Shown here in pieces: positions 28,688 to 33,759 of a DNA stretch of 33,759 nucleotides (the first letter of the stretch is position 1; each line of letters opens with the position of its first letter). A program made the translations under genes and the position numbers. The DNA comes from Cyanobacteria bacterium J06626_4 (GTDB lineage: Bacteria; Cyanobacteriota; Cyanobacteriia; Phormidesmidales; Phormidesmidaceae), in NCBI GenBank assembly GCA_038523235.1, contig JBCBJQ010000064.1:1-33759 (forward strand), read 5' to 3'. The notes beneath the pieces were generated by a model, which worked only from the letters and a program-made list of their open reading frames with translations, was not told the origin of the DNA and searched no databases.

Positions 28688-29731
28688 GTGAATGAAGAAT
28701 CAACTCACTTTTTGCAGCAATTACGAGCATCCGTAGAGGGTGTTCTCTTCTCCAGTGCAGGAGACTATCCTTTCGGGATATTTAAATGGGATTTACAAGA
28801 GGATAGCGAGTTCAACATCAAGAACTTTTTGCAAAGGCAGGGATATTTAGAAATGACTTCCCTGTCTGATGCCTTCGGTTTGGATGAGTATTCAGACGGT
28901 TATCAGCGATGTGGCTTGCGTACCCAGGACGGTGGCGTCTTGTATGGATCTAGTGATTTTTTAGATGAGTATTTGAAAGATTGTCAAAAGCAGGGAGTTT
29001 CTGTTCCATTTCTTCATATGAATGAGAAGAGAGAAGCCGCAACTCAGCATTCGAAGGATTTACTTGCATTTATCAACTGGCTAACCTCACAAGGTTATAA
29101 AGCCTCTGCTTACCGTATCTCTAAGAAGGAATTGCCGGTTTATGTTGGCAATGGAGAATGCTTGGTCGATCATAGAGCTGCAAGCGAAACTTATGAGTCT
29201 TCGCGATTGCTAACAATAGAAATCGAAAATGAGATCTGGGTAGCGATTTCTTCTTATGAAGATTGGGCCGATTACTATAATGAGACGCACGAAAAATATA
29301 TATTTTTAGGATTGCAAAATGATCCTCAAGCTCATATTTTTCTGAAGGATATCCAAGGCGCAGCTCAAAAACTTGCTTTCATAAGGCGTAACTTTTATGA
29401 TCGCTACGAGATTTCAAATAAGTTGATATTTGAAATAGCTAATTCTCAAGACGCGGCCATTAGTAGAGTGCTTCATGGGAATGGTTTTATCAATACATAT
29501 GATTTCGACGGTTTCTCTCTAGACGAAAATGTGTGTATGGAACTTGCTGGAAACATCGACCCAAATAATAAGCTTCTCAGAGAGAGAATTACAGCTATTG
29601 ATGAGCTTTTGAAATCTCACTTAAGCAACTTAAGGAAGATTTATATCGGAACACATTCTGTATATGACGCATATTTCATTGGACAAGACACGGAGGGGAA
29701 CCGGCTAGGACTTTGTACAGTTGATTCCTAG
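28688..29731 (+). CDS. Enlarged nuclease A inhibitor (NuiA)-like protein, AT-rich
   Basis: N-terminal LQQLRASVEGVLFSSAGDYPFGIFKW and C-terminal LLKSHLSNLRKIYIG...YDAYFIGQDTEGNRLGLCT resemble the two halves of NuiA. Confidence 0.65.
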   Translation: MNEESTHFLQQLRASVEGVLFSSAGDYPFGIFKWDLQEDSEFNIKNFLQRQGYLEMTSLSDAFGLDEYSDGYQRCGLRTQDGGVLYGSSDFLDEYLKDCQKQGVSVPFLHMNEKREAATQHSKDLLAFINWLTSQGYKASAYRISKKELPVYVGNGECLVDHRAASETYESSRLLTIEIENEIWVAISSYEDWADYYNETHEKYIFLGLQNDPQAHIFLKDIQGAAQKLAFIRRNFYDRYEISNKLIFEIANSQDAAISRVLHGNGFINTYDFDGFSLDENVCMELAGNIDPNNKLLRERITAIDELLKSHLSNLRKIYIGTHSVYDAYFIGQDTEGNRLGLCTVDS

Positions 29732-29940
29732 GCATAGTACTTTTACATGTAATCGTTGAAAAGACTCGATACTATCTACAGCCAAAAGACCTCAAAAGCT
29801 GCTCCGGCATTGGTTGAGGTCTAGTTCACAGCACTCTTCCTTGAGGATTGGTAAGTGTATCGCTTGGAGGGGTGGTGTGAGAGCAGCACGCCACACTTGA
29901 GATCGCCGTGCGTGACTGACCTGCACCCTTGCAAAACCAT

Positions 29941-29973
29941 AAAAAAAGCAGCGCCGACAAATATCCACGCTGC
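29941..29973 (-). terminator. Rho-independent terminator of tldD
   Basis: Minus strand GCAGCG-N14-CGCTGC-TTTTTTT, about 30 nt after the tldD stop. Confidence 0.7.
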
Positions 29974-30004
29974 CCATTCAAAAAATGCTATTGGAGTGAA
30001 GACT

Positions 30005-31489
30005 TTACCGCCCACCCACAGTGATGGAATCAACCTTGAGGTGAGGCTGACCGACTGTGACATAGACGCTGCCGCTAATCGAGCCGCAGAATCCGGGTGC
30101 GAGGCTAATATCTTCTGAACACATCGAAATGCGCTGCATGATTTCCTTTGCTTCCCCAATCAGCGTTGCGCCCTTCAGCGGCTTGGTGATTTCGCCATCT
30201 TCGATTAGGTAGGCTTCATCGACGCCAAAGTTGAACTGGCCGGTCGGGCCGACACTGCCGCCGCCCATCTTTTTGCAGTAGATGCCCTTTTCCACCGAGC
30301 CAAACAGCTCATCCACCGAGAAATCACCCGGCGCGATGTAGGTATTGCGCATGCGCGAGGCGGCAGCGTAGGTATAGCCCTGGCGGCGGCCGCTGCCCGT
30401 GCGTGGATGCCCCGTGCGCATGGAACCGGCGCGATCGCTCAAAAAGTTCTTCAAAATGCCGTTTTCGATTAGCAATGTGCGCTGGGTTGGCATGCCCTCA
30501 TCATCCATATCCAGGGTGCCAAAGGCATCGTCCGAGAGCCCTTCATCCCAGGCGGTGAGATTTTCGTGGGCAATTTTCTCGCCTTTTTTGTCGATAAAGG
30601 GGGTCGTGCCGCGCTCAATTTGCGTCGTTTCTAGCAGGTGACCACAGGCCTCATGGAAAATGACGCCGCCAAAGTGATTCGCCATGATGACGGGATAGTT
30701 GCCCGATTCGACATACTCGGCGTAGAGCATCTTACCGGCAGATTCCGCGACTTCCTCCGCCGTGGTGCCGTAGTTCCAATTGCGCAAAAAGGCCGGGTCG
30801 CTGGTGTCACCGAGGCGCTGACCAATCGACGAGCGATGGTCGCCATCGGCACAGAGTAAATTGCAGCTGACCGACTGCGTCAGGCGAATATCGCGGGCGA
30901 AGGTGCCATCGCTGGCGGCCACTAAAACCTCTTGCCAATCGCGAAAATATCCGGCGCGTCGGGCTTGCACATGGCTACCAGCTTGGGCGATCGCGGCGTT
31001 CGCAGAGAGCAACACATCGCCCATTTCTTGCATCGAGCTGCAGCCGTCGAGCCAAGCATCTTTGTTTTTAGCGGCGGCGTAGTTTCGCAGCAGCTCTAAG
31101 TTCGTTTCCGGCACAGAGGCCGTGGGGCCAGGCAGAAACAGGCCCATAATCGACAGGGCTTTTTCTAATGCGCTGCGGAGGCCAGTAAAGGTGAGATTGT
31201 TGGTGCTCACATAGCAGTCCGCTTTGCCCTTGAAAACGCGCACGCCTGCCCCGGTCACCAATCGGGGCGAGATGCCGGTAATGGCGTCATCCTCAGCCAT
31301 GCAGCTGATGTATTGATTGCGCTCTAAAAAGAACTCGACAAAGTCAGCCCCCGCTGATCGCCCCAGGCCCAGCAACGTGGAGAGCGGCCCGCGCCAAGAC
31401 TCATCGAAGCGATCGCGCGTAGCATCATAGTGCAGCTGAGTGATCTCTTGCGTACTCAGCAGTTTTTCGGGGGTCATGGCGGCGGGCAT
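30005..31489 (-). CDS. tldD: TldD family metalloprotease
   Basis: [13 protein letters not shown] (HExxxH), [31 protein letters not shown]. Confidence 0.93.
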   Translation of the reverse strand: MPAAMTPEKLLSTQEITQLHYDATRDRFDESWRGPLSTLLGLGRSAGADFVEFFLERNQYISCMAEDDAITGISPRLVTGAGVRVFKGKADCYVSTNNLTFTGLRSALEKALSIMGLFLPGPTASVPETNLELLRNYAAAKNKDAWLDGCSSMQEMGDVLLSANAAIAQAGSHVQARRAGYFRDWQEVLVAASDGTFARDIRLTQSVSCNLLCADGDHRSSIGQRLGDTSDPAFLRNWNYGTTAEEVAESAGKMLYAEYVESGNYPVIMANHFGGVIFHEACGHLLETTQIERGTTPFIDKKGEKIAHENLTAWDEGLSDDAFGTLDMDDEGMPTQRTLLIENGILKNFLSDRAGSMRTGHPRTGSGRRQGYTYAAASRMRNTYIAPGDFSVDELFGSVEKGIYCKKMGGGSVGPTGQFNFGVDEAYLIEDGEITKPLKGATLIGEAKEIMQRISMCSEDISLAPGFCGSISGSVYVTVGQPHLKVDSITVGGR

Positions 31490-31983
31490 AGAGGCCGTGT
31501 CCTTCTCAAAGATTTGCGTTCACAGTTAATGTTCAGTCTAGCAAAGGCCGCAGCGGAAAACCCGGTCGGACAACCGGCAGCACTGCCGACTCCGGAACGC
31601 GGTGATTTAATCACTAACCGGTGTCGCGAGTCCGGCCTGGCAAAAGTCTCTCTAAACCTGAGCCAGTCCCCAACCTGAACCCTCAACCTTGAACCTGAAA
31701 CCCCTTTGCGCCGCACTCTACCAGCGACACCCTGCAATCAACCCAATACTGGTCGCTGTCACCTCTGAGCATCATTAATCTAAGCTCAAAATTACGGTTC
31801 GCCAGCGAGGTCTCCCACCCTGTTGACTCGCCAAACTTTTCTGATGGGAGCTTGGGCCAGAGATGGCCAACGGTATTCGGCGTATTCTCAGGGAACTCTC
31901 AGGCAAAGCTTCACTGACTACCCCGGAACCCACAATCGTTCTCAGTAGTATTGAATGAAGTTCCTTGTCACCGTCGCAATTTC

Positions 31984-33453
31984 ATGAGCAGCATTCTGCA
32001 ATCTTCTGTTGGCCTATTGCGCTCTCGGCTATCTCGTCGCATTGTTAGCTGGGTGTTTTTTAGCATCGTCGTCATTGAGGGCGTGATTTTTGTCCCCTCG
32101 TTTTATCGCCGCTACCGCGAAAAGCTGGGCGAGCTCGAGCAAGTCTCTTCAGAAGTGTTATTTACGGCCAAAGCCAACGCCATGATGGGCGGTGACAATT
32201 TAGCGGTGTTGCAGCTGATCCAACAAAACCTCAAACCCAACTCCGTAATTTTGGGAGCGGCGCTGTGTGACCTGCAGGGCAAAGTGATTGACACCTTTGG
32301 CGAATTGCCCGGCATTGATTGTCAAAGCGTACCAGAGGGTACAGTCGTCCGGCAGGTAACCGACAATCGGCAGCGGTATGACGTGGCTTGGCCCAGCGAT
32401 CGCCTGTCGGATCAGTACATTTTGATCGTCCGCCATGATGCCAGCGGCACAATTTATGAAATGGGCCAGTATGCCCTGGCCATCGCGGGGCTGGTCATCA
32501 TCATTTCGGTGTTTGTCACCTTTGTCACCATCCTGGTGTTAGAGCGGATTTTGATCGTGCCGATTTTGCGCCTGCGCGATGATCTGCAGCAGGCGGGTGA
32601 TGCCGTTAGCCAAGATCAGCCGCCCCATTTTCAAACCCGCGCGATGACCCGCCACGATGAATTGGGCGAAGTGTCTCGGGCCTTTTGTGACATGTTTGGC
32701 CGGGTTCACCAAGAGATTAGCGATCGCAAACAGGCGGAGGCCGCCCTCCAAGAAGAACAGGCCAAATCGGAAAAGCTGCTGCGCAACATCTTGCCCGACA
32801 CCATCGCTACACAGCTCAAAATGGAAGTGGGGGCGATCGCCTCGCGATTTGACGAGGCCACCATTCTATTTGCCGACATTGTGGACTTTACCGGGCTGTC
32901 GCAGCAAATCTCACCCAATGAGCTGGTGAGCGTGTTGAATGAAGTGTTTTCGACCTTTGACGCCATTGCCGAAAAGTTGGGGCTCGAAAAGATCAAAACC
33001 ATTGGGGATGCTTACATGGTCGTCGGCGGCCTGCCCGAACCCCAGCCTCATCACGCCCAAGCGATTTTAGAAATGGCTATTCAAATGCTGGATGCCATTC
33101 AGTCGTTTCAGCGTCAGGATGGCACCCCGTTTCAACTGCGGATTGGCATCAACACCGGGCCGGTGGTGGCAGGCGTCATCGGCATCAAAAAGTTTAGCTA
33201 CGACCTTTGGGGTGACGCGGTCAATGTCGCCAGTCGCATGGAGGCCCACGGCGTAATCAATCGCATTCAAGTGAGCGCCACCACCTATCAACAGGTGAAA
33301 GCCCATTACGAGTTTGAAGATCGAGGCTGCATCGATATCAAAGGCCGCGGCACGATGCATACCTACCTGCTGAAAGGACGACGACCGTTGAGCACTACCG
33401 TTCCCAAACAATTCGCGACTCGCCAGTTGGCGATCGATAACCCGGACGCCTGA
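31984..33453 (+). CDS. Membrane class III adenylate cyclase (two TM helices, periplasmic sensor, HAMP, catalytic domain)
   Basis: DELGEVSRAF (HAMP), LLRNILP, FADIVDFT, KIKTIGDAYM, YDLWGDAVNVASRME; Lys/Asp pair indicates ATP specificity; ATG at 31984. Confidence 0.93.
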   Translation: MSSILQSSVGLLRSRLSRRIVSWVFFSIVVIEGVIFVPSFYRRYREKLGELEQVSSEVLFTAKANAMMGGDNLAVLQLIQQNLKPNSVILGAALCDLQGKVIDTFGELPGIDCQSVPEGTVVRQVTDNRQRYDVAWPSDRLSDQYILIVRHDASGTIYEMGQYALAIAGLVIIISVFVTFVTILVLERILIVPILRLRDDLQQAGDAVSQDQPPHFQTRAMTRHDELGEVSRAFCDMFGRVHQEISDRKQAEAALQEEQAKSEKLLRNILPDTIATQLKMEVGAIASRFDEATILFADIVDFTGLSQQISPNELVSVLNEVFSTFDAIAEKLGLEKIKTIGDAYMVVGGLPEPQPHHAQAILEMAIQMLDAIQSFQRQDGTPFQLRIGINTGPVVAGVIGIKKFSYDLWGDAVNVASRMEAHGVINRIQVSATTYQQVKAHYEFEDRGCIDIKGRGTMHTYLLKGRRPLSTTVPKQFATRQLAIDNPDA

Positions 33454-33472
33454 GGGCTTCGGCACCCACTAC

Positions 33473-33589
33473 TTAACCTGCCAGTCCGTTAGGCCACAGC
33501 AGATAACCGGCGGATAGTGCCAGCAGAGTTAGCAGGGTCAGGCCCAAAATCAGGCGCGGCAACCGCTGTTGAAATTTCTGCCGGTTCAT
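33473..33589 (-). CDS. Candidate 38-aa single-TM small protein
   Basis: MNRQKFQQRLPRLILGLTLLTLLALSAGYLLWPNGLAG; GAGGA 7 nt before the ATG. Confidence 0.5.
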   Translation of the reverse strand: MNRQKFQQRLPRLILGLTLLTLLALSAGYLLWPNGLAG

Positions 33590-33643
33590 CGTCAGGTCCT
33601 CACTTATCCCAATCGTCCATGACACGAATCGTGACCCTTTCAA

Positions 33644-33676
33644 GGATAAAAAACATCTAGTCAGCTCCCCGATTGC
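33644..33676. repeat. Dispersed 33-bp intergenic repeat, copy 2
   Basis: 27/33 identical to 2153-2185; all differences lie in the 6-nt spacer. Confidence 0.7.
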
Positions 33677-33759
33677 AGAAAAGAACCGATGTTTTGGAAA
33701 GGTGATTTGAGCGTAGAGCAAATTCGTTTCGCCCTGCAAGATCTGGGCGCTTAAGCTCT

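Noticed and set aside
31654..31705. AACCTGA/AACCTTG short repeats between tldD and the cyclase
   Set aside because: Degenerate heptamer (STRR-like) repeats common in filamentous cyanobacteria
4360..33465. Numerous antisense and out-of-frame ORFs overlapping confident genes
   Set aside because: Shadow ORFs expected in GC-rich coding DNA; none shows a family motif

Overview
Chromosomal window from a cyanobacterium: HIP1 octamer GCGATCGC throughout, NtcA and HLR1 sites, and DUF3007/DUF3120/DUF4079/DUF2993 genes. A filamentous Leptolyngbya/Nodosilinea-like host is an inference. Left part: DUF3007-trpA, an SDR, ureF-ureG and an NtcA-controlled urtABCDE urea transporter with two unusual modifications, a duplicated two-helix hairpin in UrtB and a TerB-like domain fused to UrtD. 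Middle: DUF4079, pentapeptide protein, DICT/degenerate HD-GYP, DUF2993, DUF3120, a His-tailed ferrochelatase-like chelatase, an orphan ABC ATPase and a TPR protein. Right part: a three-gene membrane-TPR / secreted-TPR / secreted PPC-TPR-CHAT protease cassette bracketed by a 125-bp direct repeat of the CHAT 3' end. The upstream copy is fused in frame to a truncated panB at a HIP1-like half site. Then murI, an AT-rich orphan enlarged NuiA-like gene, tldD, a membrane adenylate cyclase and a candidate 38-aa membrane peptide. No tRNA, rRNA, CRISPR array or transposase was seen. All family calls come from motif recognition by eye, not database searches.
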